From Eledone cirrhosa (Eukaryota), in NCBI GenBank assembly GCA_964016885.1, contig OZ024749.1, positions 49,910,001 to 49,974,000 of the forward strand: a stretch of 64,000 nt of DNA, written 5' to 3'. The translations under genes were made by a program, and so were the position numbers. The notes under the pieces were generated by a model, which saw only the letters and a program-made list of their open reading frames with translations, had not been told where the DNA came from and made no database searches. Shown one piece after another: positions 14,537 to 29,979 of this stretch; position 1 is the first letter of the stretch; the number at the start of each line of letters is the position of its first letter.

Positions 14537-16774
14537 TACTGAGGAACTATGGTCGTCTGAATTTTAAAACATATTCCAACGATAGTAAAAGTATATGTAC
14601 AAAAATTACGTTGATATATCTACCAGCAATACAGAACACGTAAACGCTCTCCCACTGGTTGATTTATAGTCAAATTAAATAGTAGGCTAGTTTCGAACGT
14701 TAGCCCTCCATGTGAAGTAATTAATTTATTATTAGTGCTGCCAGGTACTTATTTTTAGTTGCTTGTACGCTATCCAATTGAGAATTGCAGCATTTAATTT
14801 CCGACAGTTCTCACCGTTCTTTATGTTTACGCCATAATCAAGACATGTCTTTATATGCCAGTATATTAAGGTCTTATTGATAATGAGCTATTTCAAACTT
14901 CACAAGTAATCACTTCCCTCTCAGAGAAACCACGGTACAGTTTAAGTGCGTAAATACCTATAGGGTAGTCTAGGATATCAAGCAGGCAATGTTCAATCCT
15001 CGTGAAATTACATTAAGGAACCATTTATAGTCCAACAGCAATAATCACATATAATTGTATATTTCTCCTACTGTAACCCCACGGCATTATTAATATCTGT
15101 GTGTAACATAACTAATGAATATACTCAGCTAAATATTATTGAAATTTAGAGCCAAATGTGGCTTCAGGATATGCGTTTGTAACATCAACATATTCCAAGG
15201 TCAGCGCCGTATTTAGTTATATAGTTAGATGAGCGGTGTTTTGGCTTTTGCTGAATTTATTTACGGCCCTTTTACAGTTTGAAATGAATGATCAACAACG
15301 AAATAGCTGCACTTCATCTGCCCATGTAGATAAAATTAGATCAGTTTCCACAGTTACACCAGTTATTAGAGTTATCATTAAATTCGTCGGAGATAGCTTT
15401 CCGATACGTCTCATATATATTAGCAGTACGCCTTCCGATTGGTATTCATTCAATTTCAAACGTATCATCATCTTTTATTTGAAGAACATCCATACCTTTT
15501 TCTTCCGATGTAAACTTTCCTTATATTCCCCGTGTAATTTCTTCATGTCATCATTCCATGCGTAATATCACTATATCCACTTTCCTATATAGGGACATAT
15601 TACTTCTAAGTTCACAGAAACATGATGCCGGAATATGCAAGGACAACTCGAATGTAAGAACAACCCAAAAGTAAGAAAATCAATGGTTTACAGGTTAAAA
15701 TATAGGGACATAAATTTGATGAGGATGCACGTAAACTGCAAAGGTTTGACGTGTCAGATAAGAGGAAAGTTGTATAATAGATACTTCAAAACGTAATTCA
15801 TGTGGGAGGCTATGGGAATATTTATGAAAATAGGTTGTTTGCGTAATAGCTGGTGTTACCACAGTACGACAAAGATATATGCGGCAACAAAAGAGGAATA
15901 TATATAAATCGAGCGTAAGAGAAACACAAAGTGCAGAAAGAGAATCTAAAACAGAATTAGTCATCTGGGTGGTAGCAATACATGTATTGAAGACTATGCA
16001 TATCATTAAATATCTAGCTTGCAATATTGAATTTACAGTCACGGCAAGATGTTGTCTAAGGAACTGGAAGGAGAAAGTTCGTGTATCGTGGCAAAGAGAC
16101 AAAACAATGGCTGTTTCAATTCGTGAATATATCTGATTGGGAAGACGTATGATAATTTTGAAATATCTACCAAACTTTTCCGTAATATGTGATATGTGAT
16201 ATCACAGCATAGGTATGTCAGACGCTCCAGAGTCATTATATACAGATTCACACTATTTTAATATGTACCAGATATCTAAATAGTAAAATCGTTCTAAAAA
16301 CTTATGTGGCTACTATGGAGCTCCTGAAATATAAATATCAACGTTTGTATTTTTAATTTATATTAAGATGAATATAATTGGAATATTTAACATTTACTTA
16401 ATGCATGTAGTTTTACTGTATGATTATTCAGCTAACACTTCAAACACCACACTTTATTTTCTCAAGATACTATTGTTGATGCATATATAATATATCCCAG
16501 TAAATTCCTAAGGTCACAAACATTATGATTGTGCTCACTTCATGCACATTGCTCTCTTCTAGAAATTATTTATGTATCAATTATACTCGACGCAATGTAT
16601 TTCCAGAGCTTAAACTATCGCTAATACGTAGTAGTAATATCTGTTAAATACGACATCTGTCTATCTGAGTTTCGTAATACCTTAGGATTAATTCGTGCAG
16701 TGAACGCGGCATAGTTATCATGGACAAAACACAAATTATCACATTATCACGTTGAACTAGCAAGATAGCTGAAT

Positions 16775-16876
16775 CCGAGGTTAACTTTTCCTGTCATCCT
16801 TACGGTGTCGATAAAATAAAGTACGAGTAAAGCACTAGGTAATTGCTGGCCTTGTACCAAAAGTAGAAACAATTAT
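16775..16876 (+). mobile_element. SINE family A, 3' half
   Basis: ccgaggttaactttt...ggccttgtaccaaaagtagaaacaattat. Confidence 0.85.
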
Positions 16877-18729
16877 AAGGAGAATAGCCGATTTTAAAAC
16901 TGCATTACATTCGAGGCCACCAGGTAGAAGATTGGGTTGTTTCATTCATTTAACGTTAATGGAGCGGGGATATGCTTGATGCTAATGAGCCCGAGGCATC
17001 GCAAAAGATACTTCTTTAATTGGACATTGTAATTGTAAAAAAAAGCAAATAATTATTGTTAAATAATACTCTCGCTATACAAATTAGTAATTCACCAATG
17101 GCCATTTGATGACGCAAGAATTAAGATTTCCAATTATACACATAAATGCAGCTGTCAGCACATGTTAATTGAAGAACATAATGTTTCGTGTTCAATATTG
17201 CAGCTGCGTCAGTAATGATGATAAAGATTAATGGGAAACATATAATGATAATCTTGATGAGATTGATATTGAAAATAATAGAGAAATTAATATAATGGTG
17301 TGATTAATAATGATGACTATAGTGATGGTGTTGTGTAAAGATGATGATGTCACGTTTGAAGCGGTGGTGTTCGTTTTGTTGGATATCGATAATAATATAA
17401 CGATGGTTAAAACAAGCGTCATGATGGTGTTGCTCTTTTAATGAGCAACACTATCATATTGAGTATCATCTTGATATAATATTTATGAGAACAATCTTAT
17501 ATATTATGAAGATAATTGGAAAACGTACAGGTGTCCCTAGAAAAACGATATTCTAACTAAATTTGATTGCGATATTAATGGGTATTATGATTTAAACAGT
17601 GATACTAATCATAAATATAGTCATGATTGCCATATCCCTCCCACTAATCATTATATATCCTACGAAGGAGGAGGATCGGCAGCGTATTTCCATCGTCAGA
17701 GATGGTTTAACGATATATGTTTCGGTTCTTTATTTACAGAGTCCAAATCTCGTTGATGTCAGAATCACATTTCCTCATTCTAGATCGTTACAATAAAGTG
17801 CTTTCCTCGATATACTCACTTCTACATTCAATTCAAATTTGATGCGTGATGGCCGGAATTAGAAACCATTATACACCACCATATACCATAAATATGAGAA
17901 TGTTCAAATCAATTGCTTGTAGCTGAAGCTTGAGATTATAAGGAGGATCATAAGTTTGAGTATACTAATGATGTTTATGAGAACGGACGAATCAACATCT
18001 TAAATTGTATACGCCAGTGGTTACAATTTTGCTTACTGAGAAACGGTCGAAAACTACCACAAATATGTCACGCAACATATATGAAGACGTGTGTATATGT
18101 CTCTGTCTATAATTAAGATATTATTAGACGGAACATATATATATTTCTATTTGTAAATCGGAAATATTATTGTTATTAAACTTTATAAAAAGCAACCCCA
18201 CGAAAACTCTTCTGAGTTGATGTGTCACATTTCTAGTTACATACAGGGAGTATGAGGCATCGATTTGTTGTTATTCAATATATAAATAATTTCTTACTAC
18301 TTCATTATATTTTCGTTCAACCATGTTTGTTATATGACTACCTCCTATCTGGCAAGATGGAAAACCAGGAAATGAAATTCTTGGCGTCAACCCATATTCT
18401 TCACACAAACAGATTTAATCAATAATTGACCCTTTAACACCGTTCACTCCACCAATGACAACAAAACATTTCAATATGTGATCCGTCTTTGCAATATTTA
18501 CTGAAATGTACCCAAATAGGTTAAGAGGTTAGATTATCTTCAAGCCCGTTCATATGCAGACCTGGGAACCATTACCTTACATGAAGAGGTATTTCACTTC
18601 AATCTAAAGTGATTAGAATGCTACCACTTTCTTTATTTTAACTATAAAAAATTCCATATATTGATGCCGACACACTTACAGGCACGAATATTGGCTGTAT
18701 ATATACACGTACGCATGTATATGAAAATA

Positions 18730-19015
<286 letters not shown>

Positions 19016-20097
19016 TCAATGTTTCCTCACAGATGAAATGTTTATATAAAACAAACTTAGACAAAACCCCACACAGCGTGAATGTTTTCACTATGTTTAA
19101 ATCTCCTATATCATTATGAGTAAGTTACGTGCGGTTGCAAATTAACATTGAAATCAAATAAAACATTATTTGAATTCGTCTTATTTTAATATAATATACT
19201 ACTGACCTTTTACTCTGAAAAACTCGGCTATATATTTCACGTCTCGTTTTATTTACACTACTATGAAAACGAATGACTGATAAAATAATTTATTTCTCTC
19301 AGGTGGTCCCAATACTGATGGGGTGTATATGAAACATGCGTTGTATTTCAAATCTACTGATTACATTTCGATTCACCTTACATTTATAAATTACCAATAA
19401 GTTTCCAATGTATTTTTACATATTTCAATAACTTTTGCAGTTGCTGTTGCTGTTGTTATTGTTCCTGCAGCCAAGTTACTTATGATCATGCTGATTGGCA
19501 TTACAACTGACACAACCTGCGATTTCCGGATTTATGTTACCTAACATGAGTTTATTGAAGGTTCCTCACCGTTGTTCCTACACCCTCCATCTCTAATTAT
19601 TATGGCTAACATGACGGTTGGTCAGCAGATAATCGTCTCAATATGCTCTCCTTTCTCTATCCAGGCTTCACAAAATGATAACTGAGATTGTTACGTTGTT
19701 ACCGACAACGTCTCTGTATTCCACACAATCTACGCCTCCTATTCGAGCGTTGAATTGTCTCGGGGTTGGTTTGGTTAATCCATGTTCCTATATAGATTGA
19801 AATTATTGCAATATAACCAAGTCCATTATTTTCAGGCTTGTCTTCTATTCTGAGACTGCAGAATGTGACATGAGATTGTTCTGTCCTTTATTTCCAGCAT
19901 GATTATGTAATGGAGAGAAATAAATGAAGTTGCTTGTTTTTGTTTAGGAGTTCAACAATTATTTAGAGTGCTTGGTGTGTATTTTTTTTTATGTTTTACT
20001 GCATTATTCTGTGTGGAATAATCTACCTTACTTCGATATTTTTTTATTGTTTACTGTGTTAATCAACTATACATTATTGTCTCTCTCTCTCTCTCTA

Positions 20098-20191
<94 letters not shown>

Positions 20192-20262
20192 TGTGTGTGT
20201 ATGTGTGTATATATACACTCGTATGTATGAATCCATGCTTATATATAACTATGTATACTATA

Positions 20263-20347
<85 letters not shown>

Positions 20348-20668
20348 GCTTATTGAAAAAGCGAGAGATGTTTGTGTGTGTGCGTATATATATACGTGCA
20401 ATCTTATATATATATATGTGTATATAATACCCTACAAACATCCATGTACGCTAGTATGTGTAAGAAAGATACCAGTTAATCAATGAAAGTAATTTACACA
20501 ATATGGTTGACGTAGAGTAAAAAGAAAACTATCCGGAGGATAATGATATCAAAGTTAATTAATTGTATAGTTAATTATATCTTCTCCCTGGTTCAATAGT
20601 TAATAATTACTGATTTTGAAAAAATCATGTGTTAATTTATGATTGCACACAAAAAAATACATTGATAC

Positions 20669-20708
<40 letters not shown>

Positions 20709-21235
20709 TTATTTATATACATACATACATATATATATATATATAGAGAGAGAGAGATATATATATATATATAATATATTTACAGTTATGTACATGTATA
20801 TATATATTTATATATGTGTGGGGGGGGGACGCGTATGTGTGTGTGTGTAGGTTGTTTTGTGTGTGTATATAAATATATAGAGATAAAAAGATGGAGGGCG
20901 ACAGTTAGGGAGTGGTAGTGGGAGGAAAAATGTGTCTGTGTATTGATATTCGTGTCTTTCAATGCGTCACTCTATGTGTGCTAAATGGCAATATACTTGT
21001 TTCTACGATTAATAATATTCACCATCGTTACTAAGATTACCATGTTACTCGAGATAATAATAGCAAGGATTGGAAGCTTTAAAAAAGGATCCACAACATA
21101 CTACATAATAAAAGACAATGGACTCTATCATTATATTTATCTGTGAAATGTAAAGGAAGGTGAAAAAGTTCCCCGTACATGGATGCAATTATCTGCTCTC
21201 TCTCTCTTTCAAAAACGGCAAGAGAAAACGCTGTC

Positions 21236-21407
21236 TACTGCTGATGTTGTTGTTAATGCTGCTACTGCTGGTGCTGCTGCTGCTGCTGCTGCTTATGTTA
21301 CTACTACTACTACTACTACTGTTGCTGCTGCTGTTGCTACAACTACTGCTACTTCTACTAATACTATTACTACTAATACTGTTGCTGCTGCTGTTGCTGC
21401 TCTGCTG

Positions 21408-21443
<36 letters not shown>

Positions 21444-21569
21444 ATATTATTGTTGCTATTACTACTACTACTTTTTCTACTACTACTACTACTACTATTG
21501 TTGTAACTACTACTACTACTTGTTCTACTACTACTATTACTACTACGAATGTTGCTGCTGATGCTGCTG

Positions 21570-21638
<69 letters not shown>
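21236..21638. repeat. Compound trinucleotide repeat (CTA/CTG/TTG)n
   Basis: Directly visible. It accounts for the poly-L, poly-S and poly-V ORFs. Confidence 0.95.
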
Positions 21639-24198
21639 TAATATATAGTTTTGTTAAAAGTTTTAGTCCGTCTGTAAAGCTTCCACATATTTTCCGTATA
21701 GGCAATTTCTGTTGTTAGACCAGTTAGCATGGTCAATCACACATGTCACAAACGGCAAGGATTTGGATAGATCCCTTGTTATAGTGATATTTAAGGGAAT
21801 GATCATGATGCTTTCGCGATGAACATATTAGTAATTTAAAACTAATTGATCCAGTAAATATATTTTGGTATTTATTTCTCTATTTTCCATCATACACCCA
21901 ACGGATGTTGTCACTATCTATGTTATCAAATGTTTCAATAGAATCATGTTTATGAATGATTCTATCATCTCGTGTTGTATCATAATATATATTTACAATA
22001 AACATTGCGGTATTTTATTATTCGTTTCTTGATATTCCATTGAATCTGCAGTATGTGGTGATTCATATTTAATACATAACAATGGGGTCGATTTTATGTC
22101 TTGGGAAGTATTATAAATGAAATATTTACAACAGTGTGGTCCATAGCAATTGTATTACGTAGTCAAGATGGTTGCTTTCGAATGGTTTATATAGAGTATT
22201 TATTTCCCAAATAGTTTAGTATTTAGAAGGTAATACGTTGGAATTCATGATACTGAGTTGCTTGCTGTAGCGGATTATTTCTTAATAAATTAATTTAATA
22301 AAAAATCTTACAAAAGGGTTATTTCCTAATAACGGAATCTCTTATGTATATTACTGTCATGATTTATGATATTTACTCTCATAACATATTCAACTAATTC
22401 ATTTAGAATTATAAGAATTGAATTATTAATATAAAATATATTCACTTTAAACAGGAATTGTAGATATAAATATATGTGTAGTAATATAATTCATATAAAT
22501 TTCGACCAAATATGCGACGTATCTGTTCGGTATTAACTATTAATAAAATAGTCCACAAGATCTTATAAATTCGTGTTTGAATGACAATCTCTAATATATC
22601 GAAAGACATAATGTCATATTTATTGATACAAATTTTCATTAAAGATTATGCAATAACTTTTCCAATAGTACCCAATAATCATTAGGTTTATTTTAGGATT
22701 AGGTGACTCTAAACACAACAGCAAAATATGAAATAATATTTGTATGGCTTTACTTGATAAAATGAGAATAGTTTGGTTTATATTCAAAATATGCAATAGT
22801 AATATGTCGAGATCCACCTTCTACAGTTCGAAGTATTCAGCTGTGAAAGATATTAATTCATTTTATGATAGGGTATGTATTATTAATGATAAAGCGACAA
22901 ATATATGGATAAGAGAGATATACGAATTGAATAACTGTCTTTATATAATATAGCAATATATTAATGCATATATTTTGTTAAAGGGATAATAAGGAATTCA
23001 TTACATTTTCAAGACACAGGATTCTAAGAGAAACGTAATATAAGAGAAACGTAATATAATGTGGTGTATTTTGTCTAGGAAGATTGATGAATACCGTGAG
23101 GTAATATAAGAATACATCCGTTGGATTAATACAGTAATGGTATAGATTTATGAGAAAGAAAATAGATAATAAATAAGGAAATTAAGAAGTATACTGCTTC
23201 ACTAGTCTGTTGTATAATATTAAGATTGTGCGCATCGTAATGTAATAAAATTATTTAGTAACTTAAGATATTATGAATATCTTATTTTCAACAAAACGTG
23301 TTATTAAAAGCAGTTATTTAGACGCACAAAAATGTATGACAATTGGAGCATTTATAAATATTATCTTAGGGTGAACAAATACATATATATATCTCAACAC
23401 CCAATAAGCAACACAGACAATCATATAACCACGTTTTATTTTGACAGCTCATACACGATGCAATATATACTGATCCTAAATACTTTCAAAAATTTTTCCG
23501 TCGATGAAGAAAATGTATACAGGTTTTTAAAGAATGTAGTGAACTTATAATTAAAAAAAGTATACACTTTGCACAATACCCTTAAGAAGTAAAACCCCTT
23601 CACAAAGACACACTTATCTACACTCATATGATGAACAGTGTATATAAGTCTCCATCCGATGGCCGTTATTTGTCTGCTTAAATCTTTCATATTTGAATGG
23701 CTATGCATACGGATAACAGAAGTTCTGTGTGTATCGTTAGCTATGTTAATTATGTGTGTCAAGTTATTTTCAAGTGTGTTGTTCTTAAACAGTGTGTAAG
23801 TGTCCGGTTCCTACTTTCATAGCATGGAGGAATACAGATATCGTTGGAATCATAGGTAAGATGACTTACAATAAGGATTTACGTAAGAAACGTGATGTAA
23901 GTGTTAAACATTTGCGTTCTTTCCGTTCTCTCAAATAAGGAGACAGCTCAGGAGAGAAATGTGCGGCAAAAATCTCTACCTCCACATGTCTGTACCTCCC
24001 GCACGCACGCATTAACGTACACAGAAACACACAAAAAGACATGCATTCACGTACATAGAAACAATCACGAAATAGACACGAATACATGTTTCTGTTTGCT
24101 GTCGGTTTCTATGTATATGTATATATATATATATATATTATATATATATATATATTCAGTTTTTTAAGTATATATATATATATATTCAGTTTTTTAAG

Positions 24199-24235
<37 letters not shown>

Positions 24236-25029
24236 TAGCGTGTGTGTGTGTGCGTATGTGTGTGTGTGCGTGTGTGTAATTGCGTATATATGAATATATA
24301 TATAAATGCATAGTCAGAATGAACGACTTCTTAACACCTATTTATTTTACTTTATATTCACTCACTTCACAAGCTACATCCGCTGATATTACAAACGAAA
24401 ATGACGTGATATTCTAGGTAACTGGGGTTAACGGTAGTTAAGGACCAATCACGATTTGATATTTCTTTGATATTTATTAACAGAATGTCATACGTCAAAT
24501 GATACCCTGATAAACATGTCAATATTCATGTAATATTGAGTGTTAACAACCTAATAGCATAGCTGTTAATCTGTTAATAAACAACTAATAATTGTACCTT
24601 TATTACCGCATCTCTATTAACACCCGTATAGTTAAAGAACTCTAGAATATATAAGCGTTATAAATACCTAATTTGAATCAGTGCCATCTCAAAAGAATGC
24701 TATTAATGCATCGAGAGATTTTAGTAGAATATATTTGCTTAAACATAAATATGCCATTGTTAGGATTTGTCTAAGAGCGCTGCATAAATAAATGAATAGG
24801 TAGACTTTACCAAATGACATGGAAAACTTGTCATACGTGCTTTAGAGAGAAACTGAGAAGTAATTTCCCCTGTCATAATTATTATTTATATGAATATATG
24901 GAAATGCAGGTGTGTGTGCAGACACACACATACACACACACACACACATACGCACACACACACACACACCACACCCCTACACACACTCACACATACATAC
25001 ACACACACGCACACAATCCCACACACATC

Positions 25030-25084
<55 letters not shown>

Positions 25085-25087
<3 letters not shown>

Positions 25088-25623
25088 GATAAATCTACCA
25101 AGAGTTTACGGTAGTGTCCAATCCGTATGAAGAACTCAATGTATTCCGGATATCATGGAAAGAAGAGATGTAATGAAAATCCACTTTCGGTGAAAGATAA
25201 ACGGTATACAGAGTCAAGATAAAATATTAAACAAATAATGAACAAACAATTCCTTATATTAAACAAAAAAAGTTCACTATTTAACGATCGTTTCTAGGGT
25301 ATATATGTGTTATAATTGGTATGCATATTTAACAGATCTATGTACAAAATTATACAAAATTATACAAATTATCAAGATTAAATATACATACCTAACTCAT
25401 ATATACGCCGTCTTCAGAAATAATCTGAAGACGGCGTATATATGAGTTAGGTATGTATATTTAATCTTGATAATTTGTATAATTTTGTATAATTTTGTAC
25501 ATAGATCTGTTAAATATGCATACCAATTATAACACATATATACCCTAGAAACGATCGTTAAATAGTGAACTTTTTTTGTTTAATATAAGGAATTGTTTGT
25601 TCATTATTTGTTTAATATTTTAT
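25085..25623 (-). mobile_element. (TA)n-flanked fold-back element with a perfect 200-bp-arm palindrome
   Basis: Arms at 25219-25418 and 25424-25623 with loop aataa. The arms contain CTGAAGA...GAAA-CGATCG-TT hammerhead-like pieces. Terminal motif aagaactcaat at 25130. Confidence 0.85.
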
Positions 25624-26244
25624 ATATATATATATATTTAAAAGAATAGAGGTGTAACACACAAGTTATTATATGTTGGTAAACGGAATAGAAAATGGTG
25701 ACAAATTGTTCACAGTGAAAAATAGTTTAATTAGGAATAAGTGAGAATTAGTAATTGTATTGGTTAGCATTCAGTTTTGGCTTTAAGTTTTAGCGGTTGC
25801 GCATTTCTAATGCTTTTCAAAAATAATTTTGAGATAGAGCGTCCGTAATCTTTGCTCTGACATTCCATCAGAAATTCTATGTCGCTTTAAAAACATGATT
25901 GCCCAACGTTTCTTTTCATTTCCTATTTCATTACCAACGACAATGATGAGAATATATCTTAAATAGTTAAGCTGATTATAAAAGCAATTCCCTTAGAGAG
26001 CAGCTGGTGACAAACACATCATCATTTTGTTTTGCTGTTTATAATGAACTAATAGCTAAACAGGAATATATTAATTATAACACCTCTGATTGTTTGAAAA
26101 TTCAGCACTTAGCGTTATACTGTGCTTTATTTGTAACAATATACTACTAACAACTGAAAATAATCCAATCTTCAGGATATATTTCTCTGCTCTACCTATC
26201 TAAATATTTACGTAATGAACACAATACAGTTACGATATATTATG

Positions 26245-26380
<136 letters not shown>

Positions 26381-26604
26381 TGTTATATTGTTATATTTGG
26401 GGAGGGTCATATTTGCGTAATATTGCCAGAATTAATAACAGAACACACTCACTGTTTGGTTGGTTTTCGCTTCTCGCTGTCTTTTATATATATATATCTG
26501 CGATCTAACTTACTCGGTCCTCAATGCTGCCATTGACTGACCGGCGGTCAAAAATAATACAGATACAATATAGACAAACACATATATATATAGTTTACAT
26601 AATT

Positions 26605-26646
26605 TACATAAATCTTTCGTTGCACATCTGCAACATCGTCAGTGGT
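26605..26646 (-). ncRNA. Hammerhead ribozyme core in the Penelope 3' region (partly degenerate)
   Basis: Reverse complement reads CTGACGA t gttgca gatg tgcaac GAAA gat. Stem II is intact, but stems I and III are poor. Confidence 0.55.
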
Positions 26647-26929
26647 GTTATATTCATTGTTCCTCCTGTTGTGTTGTATGTCTACGCCATTTTTTTTTTT
26701 TTTTGTTCAGTCTGTCTATATATTTATTTATTTATTTGCTTGTTTGTTTATCTTATTTTATTTTGTCTTCTTTGCGCATGCGTTTGCGTGTGTGTATAGT
26801 GTTATGTGTGATGTGTGACTAGTGTGTATAGTGTTGTGTCTGCTGGGTGACTAGTGTGTGTTTATGTGCTTGTGTATGTATTTATTTATCTTATTTTATT
26901 TATTTTATTTAATTTACTTATTTATTTAT

Positions 26930-27836
26930 ACTTCTCTTAGGTCAGTGTTGTTTGTTTGGGTGTTGTTGTTGTTCCACGCATTTTTTCTGTTTAGCTTTCG
27001 TCTTCTAATTTCTATTTCACTGGCCTCTCTGATTTGCCTATCTGCTGGGTCATTCCTATGTTTAGATATTATTCTAATTTCTATGTTGTCTATGTTACCG
27101 TCATGTTGTTGTCTAGCATGTTCGTATAGTACTGACCCGTTTTTTTGTCCTTTTAGTTCCCCCAGTGTTGGTCTATCCTTTCACCTATGCTACGAGCTGT
27201 CTCACCTATGTATGTTGTTGTCGTGTTTCTGCAAGTACCCTCTGTACATCTTATGCTATAGACTACGTTTCTAGTTTTACAGTTTATCCGGGGGTTCACC
27301 TTACATATGATACATTTCCTATTGGTACAGTGGGTTTTCTTAAAAGGGTAGGTTTTGCTGATCAGGGATTTTATGGTGGTTCCTGGCTTTTCTACCACCT
27401 TTATTTTTAAGTGGGTCTTTCTCAGGGCCTTTCTACACTGGTTAGCTAATTTCCCTCCAGGGGTGGCGTCCACAAACATGACACTCTGATATCTCTGGTT
27501 GTCGTACCATGATGTGGCCTTCCCTATCTTATGTCTAGCCCTATCTAAGCTATTCCATGATTTGCTCCTGTATAGTGGGCAAATTCCTTTCATGTCCAGT
27601 TCTATGAGGGTCTTATACTTTTCCATGGCTCCTTCGTATACTCTGACTCTGTCTCTTTGGTTGTAGCCAGAGAACTGCATGCGGTTGATGAAGTGTTGGA
27701 TGTGTCCTTCCATTTCTGTTGGGTCGCACATGCTGGACACATTCTTCATCACTCGTACCAAATCTGCGATCAGAATATTAAACTTAGCACTACTGGACAT
27801 TGCTGAGTTTTTGAGTATCAGGTATTTGGAGGCCAT
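26930..27836 (-). pseudogene. Penelope-like RT-thumb/GIY-YIG ORF remnant
   Basis: GIY-YIG motif VVY...YIGET with the conserved R, H, E and N positions. One stop/frameshift near 27150. Confidence 0.88.
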
Positions 27837-27855
27837 GGGTTTAGCATATATATAT

Positions 27856-28702
27856 ATGCTGTCGAAATGTTCGATAAATACTACGTCGTAACCTCCGCGA
27901 AGGGGCCTTTTTTCGGTTATTCGTCGGAGATTTCTTCATAAGAGCCTTTATTCTTCTAGCTAGGTCTAATTGATTTTTTTTTTGGTTAATTATGCTAATT
28001 GGGAGAGAAACGGTATATATTTTATCTAGTGATTCTAAAGACATGATTTATGATATATAGCTCTGATTATTTAATTTATTAATTCTTCATTGAGCCACAA
28101 CATGACCCGTTGTAAAACACATATATATCTATAACTTTATATATATGTAAACCTTTATATGTAATAATCTCCCGTTAGGTTGAGATACAATTTGGCTGTA
28201 TTGGGTTGCGCTTTCTAGCAATAACCCTACCAGCCGTAAGCAACTAATCATATCCTTTCTAACTTGACCGCTGCCACGTCACGATTCATAGCTTTTTTTT
28301 AATGTATTCTTGGCGCGATCATTTTGGAAAATTAATTGTCTAATTTTGAGCTAACTCCTGATGGATCCGAAGCTCTGGATATCCCCTGTTATCGGATGTC
28401 TTAAAATACGGATGAAACCATGGTAGAGGTAATTAAATAGGTACACATTTCCTCTAAGTTTATTTTACACCTAATTGTGTTTAGTTGACTGTATATCTGG
28501 TCGATTTATACATGCTGTCGAAATGTTCGATAAATACTCCGTCGTAACCAACGCAAAGGGGCTGTTTTCGGTTATTTGTCGGATATTTCTTCATAAGAGC
28601 CTTTATTCTTATAGCTTGGTCTATTTGATAGTTTATTTGGTTAATTATGCTACTTGGGAGAGGAAACTGTATATATTTTATATAGTGATTCTAAAGACAT
28701 GT
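27856..28702. repeat. Two diverged direct copies of a ~190-bp unit (27856-28046, 28512-28702) bracketing a hammerhead-bearing segment
   Basis: atgctgtcgaaatgttcgataaatact...tagtgattctaaagacatg occurs twice, 656 bp apart. Confidence 0.85.
28355..28428 (+). ncRNA. Type I hammerhead ribozyme candidate (CUGAUGG variant, large loop 2)
   Basis: ctc CTGATGG atccg ... cggat GAAA ccatgg TA gag, with a palindromic stem III and a GUA triplet. Confidence 0.6.
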
Positions 28703-28703
28703 T

Positions 28704-28734
<31 letters not shown>

Positions 28735-29043
28735 CTATATATATATATATATATGTATTTACGTATATCTATATATGCATATGTATGTGTTTGTGTGCGC
28801 GCATATGTATGTGTGTCTGCGTGTGTGGGTTAATATGTACATTGAAGTAACATAAGTAGTCTAGATAAGTACGTATGTAGCTGATATCATGCTCGACTAG
28901 AGATGGTGTAAATTATATGCCTTAATAATCAAGAAATGCATTATATTCTCCGTCTACTAGAATCGTTGCTTCTGTACACACTCACGCAACACCGCTCACA
29001 CACACATACGCATCCACCCCCCCCCCCCCCCCCACCCCCCCCC

Positions 29044-29099
<56 letters not shown>

Positions 29100-29714
29100 A
29101 CATAATTATCCATATATTAATCTCTTCACACTCATTAAAATGTTATGGCTATGAGATCTCTCATGATAAGTAGATTGTTAAAACAAGAACTGAGACGACA
29201 CGCATGTATTGTAGACAATTGTTTGAAGTAGGAATTGTCAGCCTCTAAACGTTGGAAAATCAACGTAAGTTTTGGATATAATGTTAAAATTCTGTTTGGA
29301 ATGATTTATTCTTATCAAAAAGAAAATAGTTTAATGTTCGAGCACTATAAAAATCCTCGTAATTTATAAAACGCCTTCAAATTACATCGGTCCCAGAGCG
29401 AACTTACTAGATAATAACCACTATGTGAATTGCATAAAAAACAACGTATCTGACCATTCAAGTCTGCCCATCCAAGATGTCTAGTCAAAAATTATAATTT
29501 CGCTTATTCTCATATTTTATTTTCATGGATCCTCATATTTCTAGTTGATACAGAAAATAAGATATCCCCCCCCAAAAAAAAATAAAAAAAAGTATGCCTG
29601 CATTCACAAATATCTATACATGGATGTATTAAACTTGTTTCCCGCAAATCTCAAGTCATCATTTCATAGATATGTTTCAGGTATTCAATAGTTAGTTATA
29701 ATTTTTCTACTCAG

Positions 29715-29752
<38 letters not shown>

Positions 29753-29754
<2 letters not shown>

Positions 29755-29960
29755 TAGAAAGTGACGTTTTTTTATAAAATGAAAAATAACCGAGGTGTCC
29801 TACACGAGTGAAAGTATAAAGAAAAAAAGATGAAATCGAATATGCAACTGGAGTCTGATTTAAAAAAAGATATATATATTTATTTGGTTCCTTTACCGGT
29901 TTCACAGTTCTTCTGCTTTTCAGAAGTAGAGTTGAGATGGAGTGTCTGTGGTTTTTCTCA
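29753..29960 (-). mobile_element. Family H1 copy with hammerhead at 29890-29927
   Basis: Homologous to 48226-48435. Reverse-complement core is CTGAAAA gcag aagaa ctgt GAAA ccgg TA aag. Flanked by (TA)n. Confidence 0.8.
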
Positions 29961-29979
29961 TATATATATATATATATAT

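Noticed and set aside
12540-14820. Further hammerhead 3'-half-like strings (gaaacagtta at about 12590, gaaactagc at about 14690, minus strand)
   Set aside because: No matching CUGANGA core or paired stems.
15236-16136. ORFs of 85-135 aa, with a TWADE string resembling an RT YADD
   Set aside because: No further RT motifs; compatible with chance or extreme decay.
21750-23300. Possible ancient minus-strand L1/Tx1 remnant (LRTVEGG-like string)
   Set aside because: The signal is too weak without a profile search.
25640-25950. Minus-strand LKPKLN resembling a Penelope GIY-YIG C-terminus
   Set aside because: Six residues only, and the upstream frame is unrecognisable.
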